Part shown: piece by piece, positions 51,257-63,080 of the stretch
Position numbering within the stretch: position 1 is the stretch's first letter
Layout: every line of letters starts with the position of its first letter
Program-made: the position numbers and the translations under genes
Source of the DNA: Centroscyllium fabricii
Lineage: Eukaryota
Direction of reading: 5' to 3'
DNA length: 64,000 nt
Assembly: GCA_051313645.2 (NCBI GenBank)
Contig: JBNRSN020000012.1
Location: forward strand, 118,792,001-118,856,000
Notes under the pieces: generated by a model
What the model was told of the DNA's origin: nothing
Databases searched by the model: none
The model's input: the letters and a program-made list of their open reading frames with translations, nothing else

Positions 51257-53317
51257 GTCAGTTTTGTGATTCAAAACAGGGTGTCTACTGTATATGTGAA
51301 CCAAATAGTTTATTACCCAAGGCAAAACTAAAGAAGCATTTCTAAATTTAATTAATTGCACAAATCTGTCTGTGCAGCTCATGTGACTGTGCTAGTTTGT
51401 GGCCATTCATTTTTCAAGCTAATTGTTCAGATACTTGCTTTCCTTGACACTTTATAAGACAAACCTTTTGCTACATCCATCATCTTTTAGAATATTGGAA
51501 AAAATAAAATGCAGCCACACAAGTAGATAAGTATTGAGAACACAATATTAAGAATAGTTACTAAGAATTAAGGACAACATTTACCAAGAATTAAGGACAA
51601 CATTTATAAAGAAACATTACAAATGGAACTAAAAGCATTTTCCAATGTGAAATTCAATGGCATTTTTTAGGTTACTGTAACATCACAGTTCATCAATGTA
51701 GATTACCATTCAATTCACTAACTTATGTTTTTTCAGTTGTTTAACACATGCTTTAATTTTTTTTGCTATTGTTTCTAGCAGGTATATTTTACTGTACTTT
51801 CATCATTTCAATCCAGACACTTACTGATGTATGCAGCATACTATGTTTAAGATATAATTTAACAGTGCTACTTTATACATTGTAAACCTATAAATTGAAC
51901 AGAAAATTTCAAGAGAGAAATGCTAAAAAGTGAAGAGTGCTTCACAAACAGTACTCTAAGTGGAGCATTACTATAAGAACCTCTTTGGATGTAGATTGAA
52001 ATTAATCTACCTGATCATTTTTTAATGAATAGCCACTTTTTTGCTGAAAGTACCTCATGAAATGATATTAGGTGTACAAATGGGAATTGACAATATCAAC
52101 TTACTCTTATTGATTAAAATGTATGCTTTACCTTTCGATGCTTTGTTCAGCAATTTTATCATTTTAATATAACGTTACCACTCTGCAGAATATACGTATT
52201 GCTGCCGTAGTCAATTGGTCAATAAATTATCTTCAGATGAAATTACCACAGTTACTACTGTAAGAGACTTAAACTTTTTAAATGTATTACCAGCTGGTGG
52301 AAAGTTGACATTATCATTTTATTAAAATATACTGTCTCCATTTGTTAGCATAAGTTGGACACAGGTGTCATCTGATATGTACACCAGTTAATTTTTAATA
52401 TAGGTCACAAGGGACTGGAACCTATAATTAAAAGTGAGTAATTTCAAAGCTAAGAGATAGACTGCTAAAGGTGCGATTTTCTTGAAAAGCTTTCTATAAA
52501 TTGAAGAACAGAAGGAAGCACGGAATGACATAAATGAAAAGTGAAAAGACAATTATAGTCAATTACACACCAATCATTGGCTACTGCTACCGCCTGAACA
52601 GTAAGGGACATTTTAATAGGCAGAAAATTAGATTCTAATGGCACAAAGGGTGGCCAAAATGACTGCTTGCATCTGTGGCTTTTTATTCTTCATTTAATGT
52701 GCAGTTGCGTTGTGCAATGTTGTTGCTGCTTTCTGCAGTGCACTGATAACTCACAGACCCAACAGTTCAGAGTATCGTAAAAACTATAAAGACTTAATAA
52801 ACAAATTCCCCCTTTGGGCAAATAGGAACCTTCCTGGTTTCTTTCACATTGATCACCCAATTAATTGACATCGTATTTTTCTTTTCCACGAGAAATTGAT
52901 TAAGAGTGTAGCAGTTTCAAACACTATTTGCTTTTGGGACAGAATTAGAAATTCTAAATGTCTTGTGTTCAAAATACTCAAATGCTGCTCACATTGCCAC
53001 CTCATTTATTGGTTTTGCTGTCATGAATATTGTGACCTCTGGAGATGCTTCGATACGATCATTTCCTGAGCTATAATATGAAGATTGCCTCTCTAGTGAA
53101 ATAATAATAGCAGCGCACCATCAAGTGTTGCAACCTTTTATTTCCGTTGAGGACACTGTTGGGTTGGGGTGAAAAAGAATTCTTTACAAAGTGTGGTCCA
53201 TTAATCACAAATGATTTACATTTGTGTACTTTTGCTATGTGACTATCTTGACTCTTCACCATAAAGGAATGTGAAAATCTTACTTAATAAGTGCACTCAT
53301 CGGGTGTGTAAAACCAT

Positions 53318-53800
53318 CAAATATAGGAACAGGAGCAGGCTACTCAGCCACTCCACCATGTTCTGCCATTCAGTTAGATCATGGCTGATCTGTACCTCAT
53401 TCCCATTTATTCGCCTTTGACTCATATTCCTTGATAATCGTACCCAACAAAAATCTACATAATTTTAACATTATGCCCTCTTATTCTGGATTCCACCACC
53501 AGAGTTTATTTTTATCTACCCTATCAAGTCCTTTTTATCATTTTAAACAATTCAATTAGATTATCCCTCAATCTCTATACTCAAGGAAATATAAGCCAGC
53601 TTTATGCAACCTATACTCATAATTTAACTTGTTAAGGCCTGGTATAATTCTGGAAAACCTACGCTGCACCCCCTCCAAGGCTAATACATCCTTCCTGAAG
53701 TGTGGTGGCCAGTACTCCAGTGCTCCAGATGTGGTCTGACCAAGGCTGTATACAACTGAAGCATAACTCTCTGCACTTTGTATTCCAGCCCCTTTGAGAA
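53318..53800 (-). mobile_element. Degraded CR1 LINE 3' portion
   Basis: ataggaacaggagcaggc...gatcatggctgatctg tail and ORF2-like tgcaccccctccaagg...ctccagatgtggtctgaccaagg; many lesions. Confidence 0.8.
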
Positions 53801-54072
53801 AAAAAGCTCAAAGTTGACTAAAAAAAGAGCTTGTGATATTCCAGTCCTAACTACTTGTAATTTTTTTAATAGTTTATTTCATATTTCTTATTTCTCACCC
53901 TCTTTAAGCCTCCCAACACATTTAACCAGCTGAAAGTGCAGGAGGGGGTACAGATAACCAAGATCAGGAATTCACCACATGTGAATTACCTGGCCAAAAT
54001 CATGTTTTGTCAAGTGAGCTGGGCACATTCAGTCATACACCAACACACTTGGCTATATTGAGCCACCAAATA

Positions 54073-54448
54073 CAGGTACACAAACCCTTATCCGCAACTC
54101 TGGAAACGGAAAAGCTCCGAAAACTGAAAGTTTTTTCGGAGCGTCACATGACCCGAGTTGCGCCAAACATGACCCGTTTTGAAACCTAATTCGGGGCCTG
54201 AGGTCTACACCGGGTGTTTATGAAACTTTCCAGCCCACCCGCGGGTCCAATTCCTCCCCGAGCCCACAATCTCCTACCGTTTCAGACAGCGTCTGCGTTC
54301 CGCGCCTGCGCACTGGGCCGCCAACACGGCCATGCGCATGTGTATGCGCTCTGTGCATGCACACTGGGCACCATCCCGAAAAACAAAAAATCCCCAAAAC
54401 TGAAACCCATCTAGTCCCAAGGGTTTCGGATAAAGGGTTGTGTACCTG
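54073..54448. mobile_element. Tc1/mariner-superfamily (pogo/Tigger-like) MITE
   Basis: TIRs CAGGTACACAAACCCTTATCCG / CGGATAAAGGGTTGTGTACCTG flanked by TA on both sides. Confidence 0.9.
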
Positions 54449-55171
54449 TAGTATAAATGTCCAATTTTGGAAGCTTTCTAGGGCTGATATTCCAGTACAA
54501 TGCTGGTAGTTCCTTAAATCCCATGAACCCATGTCATCTTATTTCAGAGGAACTCCTCAGTCATCACAAATATCACCATGGATGTTGGTTGAAAAAACAC
54601 ACACTTCTGCAAACAATCTGCTCTTTCAACTCCTACTAATCTCATAAGAAATAGAAAAGTATAAAATGAGGAAAGGGCATTTGGCATGTCATCTCCGCAT
54701 TCAAAACACGGGCATCTGAATCATCCTTTCCTCCAAACTTTTATTCACCATTTATCACAGCGTCTGTGTCAAAGTCAATAAATGTTAGTGTGCTTTCAGT
54801 TGGAGAATAAATAAAGAATTAATTGGCAGTTCCACATCTGTAGATGCTATCAGCCAGTGTCTGCTCAAAGGTGACAGGCTGAAAGTCTCTGATCTGTTTT
54901 CAGCATTATAGCTTCTGAGGGAGGACCTTTGTTTTTATGACCTAGGGCTTCAGAAGACAGGAAGGATGAGTTGAACCAGGGTTGTTATATCATCACTGAC
55001 TCAAGGGACGAATATTGTACATAAATTGTGTAATCGTAGTAGGCCCCATTTTTCATTTTAATGTACCATTTACATGTGCTAGTCATTTATTTTTTGAGTA
55101 ATTTTTTTGGGAATAAGAAGCAGTCTAACAGTATGATTGAACAAATATATATACTGTAAGTACCATTCATT

Positions 55172-55920
55172 GGGGGCTAAATTGGTCAGCCCACGTTTTG
55201 TGGCGCTGACCTAGGCGCTGCGCTATTTTTATCGCTAGCTCATCGCTGGCGCTGTTAGGGCCGAAATTCGCCTGCATAGCCCATAATGGGAGGGCGGGCA
55301 CTAAAGCAGGCGGGCCGCCTCGCTATTGGTGCGAGGCGGCCGAATATCGGGGTGCGGGCACGTCACTGCGCCAAGGAGCGCATAGCGGCGGCCCGCGGTA
55401 CTGCAGGCCTTCCTCCCCGATTAAAGGGGTGGGGCCTAGCGCGGCTGCGGCCGGAGCCCCGCGGGGCCACCATGGGACCAGAATTGCCAGAAGAGCCCGG
55501 CACTGGAGGGAAGTGCCGGGCTCAGTTGCCGGAGGCCTGACCCCGCCGGGGGAGCAGCGGGGAGGCCGAGGGGGAAGGTGCTGGCAGTCGGCCAGCAATA
55601 AAAATGACCGACCGCCACACTCCCCTTTAAGCAGTGCTCCCCCGCTGCTGTTACGGCCCAAAAAAGCTGTCACGGGAAGCGCCCAGCGATAAATCAGCGG
55701 GCGCTGCCCGATTTCAGTCGCGGGTGCCTCCCAGGCACTGCGCGGGCTGATGACGTCATTCCCGATGTCCAGCTGGGTGCTAAATTCATTGGGGCGCTAC
55801 CAGTGAGCCCCCAACTTAGCGCTCACCTGAATTTCGCACTGGGCGCGAGCGCAAGCGCTAATTCTGTAGCACCCGATTAGCGCCGATACGGGCCGGTGTT
55901 CAACCGGCAATTTTATGCCC
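55172..55920. mobile_element. GC/CpG-rich Harbinger-type MITE, same family as 36491-37553, opposite orientation
   Basis: 55390-55460 and 55580-55640 are near-identical reverse complements of 36836-36905 and 36760-36820. Termini GGGGGCTAAATTG / CAATTTTATGCCC; TSD not clean. Confidence 0.85.
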
Positions 55921-56392
55921 TATGTCTATTATAGAGCACTAAAAATTTCTAATGTTTTCTAATAATTATCTTTACTCATTTATTTGATACTTCCAAGAAA
56001 TCTCAACATTTCGCTGACTTTTGAAAAATAATTTACTTTGGGGGAAATATTCGGTATCGCCACGTTTGAGGCGCTACAGTCGGCACAGCGCTAAATTTAG
56101 CGCCTGGTGCAAATTATCGCCACCAACAGCAAACTTGGGTTTTCCCGTCCCTGGAGGTGATTGCAGCGCTAAATCAGGCGCTACACACCTGTCCTAAAGC
56201 ACAAAGGCCAAGAACTGAGGCGCAACCTCAGAGCGCGGGCGCAGCGCTGGTGCTGTCAGTTACCGACTGAACAGACACACCGGCGCCGGCCAGTTCTTAA
56301 AGGGGGAGGGTCGAGCTCACTCTCCAGCCACACCCTGCTCATTGGAGCCTTGAATCTCAGCCTGGACAGACCTGCGACGACACTTTTCAGCC

Positions 56393-57160
56393 ATGGAGAG
56401 GGCCAGGGAGTGAGTGCAGCATTTCACCGAGCGGGCCTTGGAGGTTCTGGTTGGTGCAGTGGAGCGCCGAAGAGCGCTTCTCTTCCCAGAGAGTGGCAGG
56501 AGACCTGTGCCATGCAAATCCAGAAGAGTGTGGAGGGAGGCCCAGCTCGTTACCTCCAGGAGCATGGTCCCCAGGACCCACACCCAATGTAGGAAAAAGT
56601 TCAATGACCTCACTAGGGTTATCAGGGTAAGTGGCTTTTTGTCAACATCTCTCCATCCCTCCATCTCAGCCTCACTCTGTGGCATGCAGCCGCTTGTTGA
56701 GGCCATGCGAGCACTGACAGCTGCCATCTTGTCTGGTTCGGACACAATTACCCAGAGCTCTCAACGCGCCGCAGCAGGCCAGCAATCTGTGCTCGAGCAG
56801 ATTGCTCCGGATGATGAGGCGCGGGCCCGTGGGAGTGCTAGTGTGTTGGTCGAGCAGGGAGGTGCTGTCCTCTCTCAAGATTACAGCATTCCTGCTGTCA
56901 CTTCTCAATTGCACTTGCCCCCGCCTGTAGGACAGACTGCTGCCGCCCATGCAGAGTTGGAGCAGTCTGCAGCCAGGCCCTCCAGGCACAGAGCTGGTTG
57001 CGGACGACCTTCAAAGGCATCGGCAGTCTCAGGGTCGGAGAATCAGCAGCCTTCCACCAGCCTTGCTGCAGCTACTGGGGTCCCATTACAGAGGAGTAGT
57101 AGGGTGGGAAGGGGGGAAGTGCGCAAGGGAAGGAGATCACCGTCAAATGGCAAAAAGTAG
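56393..57160 (+). pseudogene. Harbinger Myb/SANT-like DNA-binding protein gene, disrupted
   Basis: ATG 56393, in-frame TGA at 56411, then FTERALEVLVGAVERRRALLFP...W...RTHTQCRKKFNDL. GTAAGT donor at 56627; AATAAA at 57169. Confidence 0.85.
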
Positions 57161-57465
57161 GAGGTGTGAATAAAAGTTTCTCATTGTTTTCTTAGAGGCT
57201 GAGGTTCGTGGTCACAAGTGCTTTACTGTTTTGGGCCTGATCTCCAGGTTGTGAGAGGCAGTTATGTTAATGACTGTTGTTTGGGGGTTTCTTTCTTTTA
57301 TTTTGTCATGCGGAAAGCTGACAGAGTTTATAAAATAAAGACTTTAAAATTCAAAATGTACATGTTTGGTGTTTGTCATCATTGATGCCTTGACCGGCTT
57401 AGGGGTTGCAGGTTGGTTTCATTCAGGTTGTTCTCAATGGCAGAAGTCTTTTCCTCAGCAGGGGC

Positions 57466-58620
57466 CTAGAAGCGGCTTGCTATGAGCCTTTGATAGACGC
57501 CCCTTCCAGTCTCCACATCCCTCCCGCCTTGGTGCTGCTGCTGCTGATCCTCCCCCTCCTCATCTCCCTCCTCTTCCTCCTCCTCCTCTAGTGGTGCTGC
57601 AATTCCTGGTGGCATTGGCTGGGCCCTGAGGATAGCAATGTTATGCAGCATGCAGCACACAACCACGAAGTGGGAGACTCACTCAGACGAGTACTGGAGG
57701 GCTCCTCCAGAATGGTCCAGACAGCAGAACCGTTGTTTCAGCACGTCGATTGCGTGCTCAATGATGTTCCTGGTAGTCTGATGGCTCTCGTTGTATTGCA
57801 GCTCTGCAGGGGTGTTGGGCGTATGGAGCGATGTCATCAGCCAGGGGCTCAGAGGATATCCCTTGTCCCCGAGAAGCCAACTACCTGGGTGATGTGGTGC
57901 CTGGAAGAGGTCTGTCACAGAGGTCTGGTGCAGTATGAAGGCATCGTAGCTGCTGCCTGGATAGTGGACATTGACAGCGAGTATCAGCTGTCTGTGGTCG
58001 CACACCAACTGCACGTTTAGGGAATGGAAGCCCTTTCTGTTGCGGAAATCCTCGGCATTCTGATGCGGCACACGCAAAGCTACATGCGTGCAGTCAATGG
58101 CGCCCTGGACCATGGGGAAGCCCGCCACCCTGGCAAAGCCCATTTTGCATTCTTACTGCTTGTCCAGTGTCATGGGGAACGATATATACTCTCGCCTCAT
58201 TTTTAAGAGGGCATTTGTCACCTGACGGATGCAGCAATGAACTGCAAACTGGGAGATATTAGCTATGTCCCCGGTAGCTGCCTGAAATGAGCCGGTGGCA
58301 TAGAGGTTGAGAGCCACAGTTAGCTTCACTGCCACTGACAGAAATGTCCTGGTCCTCAGTTGAGGCTGCAGGTCTGGCTGAAGCAGGTGGCAGAGCTCAA
58401 TGACCACCTCCTTCCTAAAATGCAGCCTGCGCACACATTGCTCCTCAGACATATTAATATATGAAAATTACTGGCGGAATACCCTGGGAGGATAAGGTCT
58501 CCTGTGCAGATGCCCGTTGGACCTCCTCCACCTGGCCATGATTGCTACTCTCTCTCGACGTCTCTGTGCCCTGCGAATGTGATAGAGCAGGAGGCCGCCC
58601 CCATCCAGTGCAGCTCCCAT
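57466..58620 (-). pseudogene. Harbinger (HARBI1-like, DDE_Tnp_4-type) transposase, three premature stops
   Basis: Four track ORFs are in one frame from ATG 58620 to stop 57466, with stops at 58468, 58153 and 57679. Motifs YATGSFQ, GAIDCTH, NRKGFHSLNVQ, LLGDKGY, IEHAIDVLKQRF, CCMLHN and an acidic tail. Confidence 0.93.
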
Positions 58621-61149
58621 AGTCTCGAGGCAAGCAAAGTAGTGAAGGCCAAAAACCAACAGTACCTGAAAAGTTATGAGTAGAGTCCCAAAGTACCTCA
58701 GACAGCGTTGAGTAAAAGAAGAAGTCTCTCTTTCTCTCTCTTTGTCTCTCTCCAACTCTCTCTCTCTCTCCGACCGAGTGGTGCAAAAATGGCTACCACA
58801 CCAAATCCAGGAAGAGGCCCCCTTTAAATAGCGTCCCCCCAGCCCCACAACGATTGGGATGTGTTCCAGACTACCTGTCATGGGTAATGCGAGGTGGAAA
58901 GAAGGGTCCGCCACTCAATTTCCGGCCCGGGGCGCCCCAAGAGCGTTGCACTCTCGAATGACTTCAAGATCTGCGTGCGCAGGAGATCGCGTGCTAATGT
59001 TAGGGCCGCCGCCGAGCGCCTAGTCAATTTGCCGAGCGGCGCTAAGCTCGCTGTGCCCAGGTGCTAGTTGTTTTGTGTCCCCATTAGGCGCTAACCGGTG
59101 GTGCAACCAACCAAATTTTTCCTCCTTTGTTTTTTTACAAGATGCTGCAACACATCCACTTTTCAAAGTTAGTTTTACTTTTGAGTGTTGTTCTACAAAC
59201 TGCATTTCTTCAGCGATAGTAATATAAGCAGTTGTTAAAACTTATGTGCTGCAGTAATATCGCATAACTCTTTGATCAGTATCCTCTTCTGGTATGTAAT
59301 CCATCAAGTTTAGTTTTATTACTGTATGGATTAAATGTCTTTTACTGTTTTGAAAGCATGAAGGAATCTAAAATTTATGTCTACATTGGTGTGGGAACTA
59401 AGTGCCCTTTCACTTCTTAGCAGTGATATTATAGGTAATAAGATCTAGCTCACAGGAGTGAGCTACAAAGCACGCACAGTATCAAGGCATTCAGATCATG
59501 TCATAAACCACAAGACCGAAGCAAGAAAAATTCATATCCATCATCTGAAATTCAAAGTTATGCTAATGCCTTAAACTTCATTCTGGGCATCTTTAAAATA
59601 TTTTAAAAATAGATTTTTTTTAAATCATACATTATATATACTTACCTTAAACTCATATATAATTACCTCTACTATAACTCATTGCTTATGACTCTTAATA
59701 GAAAAAACTCCAAGTAAAATAACTTCTTTGTACTTCATCCCTGACTAACATACTTTTTGTGTAGCTTCCAAAGACAGCCTTATTGAGAGTGTCATGTGAA
59801 TGCAGTTTTTATGTGTGAAAGGTTAAGACTCTCAATGATTTCCCAGTCTCAGTCCCTTGAGTTTGTTGTTGCTGATGTGTGCCTTCTGATCTGTGATGTG
59901 AACGAATGCATATTTCAAGCCATTGTGACAAAAATATTACAACGCATGATACCAAATTGCAATACTTGGTAGAAGAATGTTAAACATTTTCTTTTGTAGT
60001 GTGCTACAGTTACATAGTCAATTATCCAGAATATGCTACAAGTTTAATGCAGCATGGAAAATCTCAGTAGTGCCTTTGTGAAAGTGGTTTATATATATCT
60101 CAATATTAAAATTCTTACATCTAGCATTTATCCATCAAAATGATAAATCAAAGAGAAAGAAAGCCAGTCATTTCCTACCAGTTCTTTCTGACCTGATAAC
60201 CTGGCCTTTTCCCAATGGCAGGAGTTGGAAATTTGCATGCTGCCAATCGTCAACAATTACCCTCTAATTGACCTCAGGATGTGCCTATTTAGACTACACC
60301 ACAGGGAGTACCCAAGCAGTAGTCTTAAAGGGGCAGGTTATTTTAAATACAGTTTCACCTTCTCAACTAAATATCAAAGCCAGACAGGAGATTACCTTGA
60401 CCAACATCACAGGAGATTAGTTGGCACATTAAAATGCATCTGATGCACCTCCTCACTAATGATCAATTGTTAGGAGATAAACCAGCCTGAGATGACTTAC
60501 CCAATGGTTCTCCTCTCCCAACAACATTGTAAATATTCTTCAACTTGTGCCTCTTCTGAAGCTGCAGCCAATATTGAAAAACGCTGTCCTGCCATTCTAT
60601 GTCACAATGTATTGAAGCGTCAACTCTCTCTGTATGCTACCTTTGTTATCTGATTTTACTGTTTAGCAAAATCTCAATTGTTTAGGTCTCCATCTTTGAA
60701 ACATTACCGTTTACACTTTTTTCTTCTGTTTTCTGGCTGCCATTCATTTACATGCTGGAAACATTCTTTAAAAGAAAAAAAATCAATGAAGTAGCAGCAT
60801 AACATTTGCAGTGGATGAGCAGGAGGAAGAATAACACCACAAAATGGAGTCTTTGTTGCATTCTTATAATCTGAATTCAAATGGAGAATTTTTCAACTGC
60901 TAGAAAAAACAAATTTGGCCCATACTGCTGCAGACCTATTGAATATTTTGAAACATTTGTACATTTCAATTCCAGGTTCAATATTGAGCTCTAATTTTTT
61001 TTAACCAAATAGTTTGTTCCAGGTACTGGGGCAAATTAATTTTTTTCACTGCTGATTGAGTTATGATGTAATTGAGACACAAACAATCATTCCATGCAAT
61101 TTAGTTCTAATTTACATATTATTTAGCCAAATTTTGGTGGACATTTGAG

Positions 61150-61907
61150 AATAAAATTTGCACCACATAAGTGCCAGGCAATGACCATATCCCACAAATA
61201 ATAGTCTAACCACCCTCCCTTGACATTTGATGGCATTACCATTGCTGAATCCCCCATCATCAACATCCTGGGGGTTACCATTGACCAGAAACGTAACTGG
61301 ACCAGCCACATAAATACTGTTGCTACAAGAGCAGGTCAGAGGCTAGGTATTCTGCAGCGAGTGTCTCAACTCCTGACTCCCCAAAACCATCTACAAGGCA
61401 CAAGTCAGGTGTGTGATGGAATACTCTCCACTTGCAGCTCCAACAACACTCAAGAAGCTCGATACCATCCAGGACAAAGCAGCCCGCTTGATTCGCATCC
61501 CATCCACCACCTTAAACATTCACTCCCTCCACCACTGGCACGCCATGGCTGCAGTGTGCACCAACTACAAAATGTACTGCAGCAACTCACCAAGGCTTCT
61601 TCGGCAACACCTCCCAAACCTGTGACCTCTACCACCTAGAAGGACAAGGGCAGCAGGTGCAGGGAACACCACCACCTGCAAGTTCCCCTCCACATACCAT
61701 CCTGACTTGGAAGTATATCACCGTTCATTCATTGTCGCTGTGTCAATATCCTGAAACTCCCTACCCATCAGCACTGTGAGAGTATCTTCACTACACAGAG
61801 TGCAGGGGTTCAAGAAGACGGCTCACTACCACCTTCTCAAGGGCAATTAGGGATGGGCAATAAATGCTGGCTTTGCCAGCAACGCCCACATCCCATGAAT
61901 GAATTAA
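61150..61907 (+). mobile_element. 5'-truncated non-LTR retrotransposon (CR1/L2 group) 3' end
   Basis: ORF2-like peptides INILGVTIDQKRNWTSHINTVATRAGQRLGILQR and MEYSPLA...LDTIQDKAARLI with frameshifts; ends GGGCAATAAATGCTGG...CCCACATCCCATGAATGAA. Confidence 0.85.
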
Positions 61908-62189
61908 GCAAAATGCAACACAGACTTAAATTTGCACTAGTAACTAGCAAACTGTAAACATTTGAAAATTGAATGTCCCAACTTTCCATTTCTTGGTTCA
62001 GTTTGTGACATTTTTAATGTCTCATTTTAGTCTCCAAAAGCATTGATGTAATACTGTACTTAAATTATAAATTAAATCACTAAGACAGGTAACTGCAAAA
62101 GATGAAAGAACCTTTAAACAACACCAGTAATGTAACATAGAAAATCAGAAAGTTTCTGAAACTTCTTGCAGGTAATGCTTAAGGTAAGT

Positions 62190-62830
62190 TCTTTTATTGG
62201 ATTTGGCAGCTGGCCTGGCAAGTGGCAGATGCCATTTAATGTGGTGGAATAATACAAATGATCAGACTGAGGAAGGGGAATAGGCAGTGGGAAAGGAGGG
62301 TAAATTCACTGGTCCTGTGCTCTCAGCAGGGAGTCTGAAAGGGAGCATTGGTCAGAAAATCAATGCTACATGTTGCAGCTCAATAAATTTATCCAAAAAT
62401 GGGAGCAATGAATTTACCCTACAAAGTAAATAGGATTAATTTACAAGATAGAACACAGAAGAATGATCTGGGGGTACTCATGGACAACTCACTGCAACCA
62501 TCAGCATAATGTCTGGCAGTCTTAAAAAAAGGCAAAACAAGATCTTGAACTGTATAGCTGGAGGGATGTTGTTTATGTCTCAGAAAGCGACAATGAAATT
62601 GTTCAAAGAACAGTCTGTTCCCCTCCCTGTACAGAAAACTGTGTACAGTTCTGACCACTATATTAACTGAACATTTTGGCATTGAAGAGAGTACAGCAAA
62701 GGGAAACCAAGTTGATACTTTGCATTTGGCACCAGAGCTATGTGGAAAAGCTGTGGAAAGTGGAAATGTTTACACCGGAGACCTTACTGAGACATTCAAC
62801 ATTCAAAAGGCCTTAGAGAAATTAAACCCT
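62190..62830 (+). mobile_element. Highly degraded CR1 ORF2 fragments
   Basis: Remnants such as tggcagatgccatttaatgtg (WQM.FN), gatctgggggtactc (DLGV) and tgtgtacagttctgaccac (CVQF*P). Confidence 0.55.
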
Positions 62831-62949
62831 AATAATATCGTTGATGTAATCACAAAATCCATTAAAAATAGCTGAGAAGAGAAAGATAAGGAAAAGTACT
62901 GGAGGGCGTCCTGAAGGAACCCAGAGAAACACAGCACTGTAAGAGGGAG

Positions 62950-63080
62950 CGAGCATGGCTTTATAAGTGGGAGATCATGCCTGACAAATCAGTTGGATTT
63001 CTTTGAGGAGATAACAGACCCTGCGGATGTTGTTTAACCCGCTTGCAGCAAAGCTTTTGATAAAGTGCCACATAGGTGAC
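62950..63080 (+). mobile_element. CR1 RT-domain fragment
   Basis: Encodes HGF..GRSCLTNQLDFFEEIT...DVV...SKAFDKVPHR-like sequence. Confidence 0.7.

Larger units (their letters stand above)
56040..59125. mobile_element. PIF/Harbinger DNA transposon, near full length, two convergent genes, inactivated
   Basis: TIRs GGGGGAAATATTCGG / CCAAATTTTTCCTCC (12/15), TTT on both flanks; encodes a Myb/SANT-like protein (+) and a DDE transposase (-). Confidence 0.93.

Noticed and set aside
55172-56400. CpG-island promoter of an internal gene
   Set aside because: The CpG richness is confined within MITE and Harbinger boundaries.
57466-58620. Host HARBI1 (and NAIF1/MSANTD for the Myb ORF)
   Set aside because: Premature stops, flanking TIRs with a TSD and the paired Myb gene show a transposon copy, not a domesticated gene.
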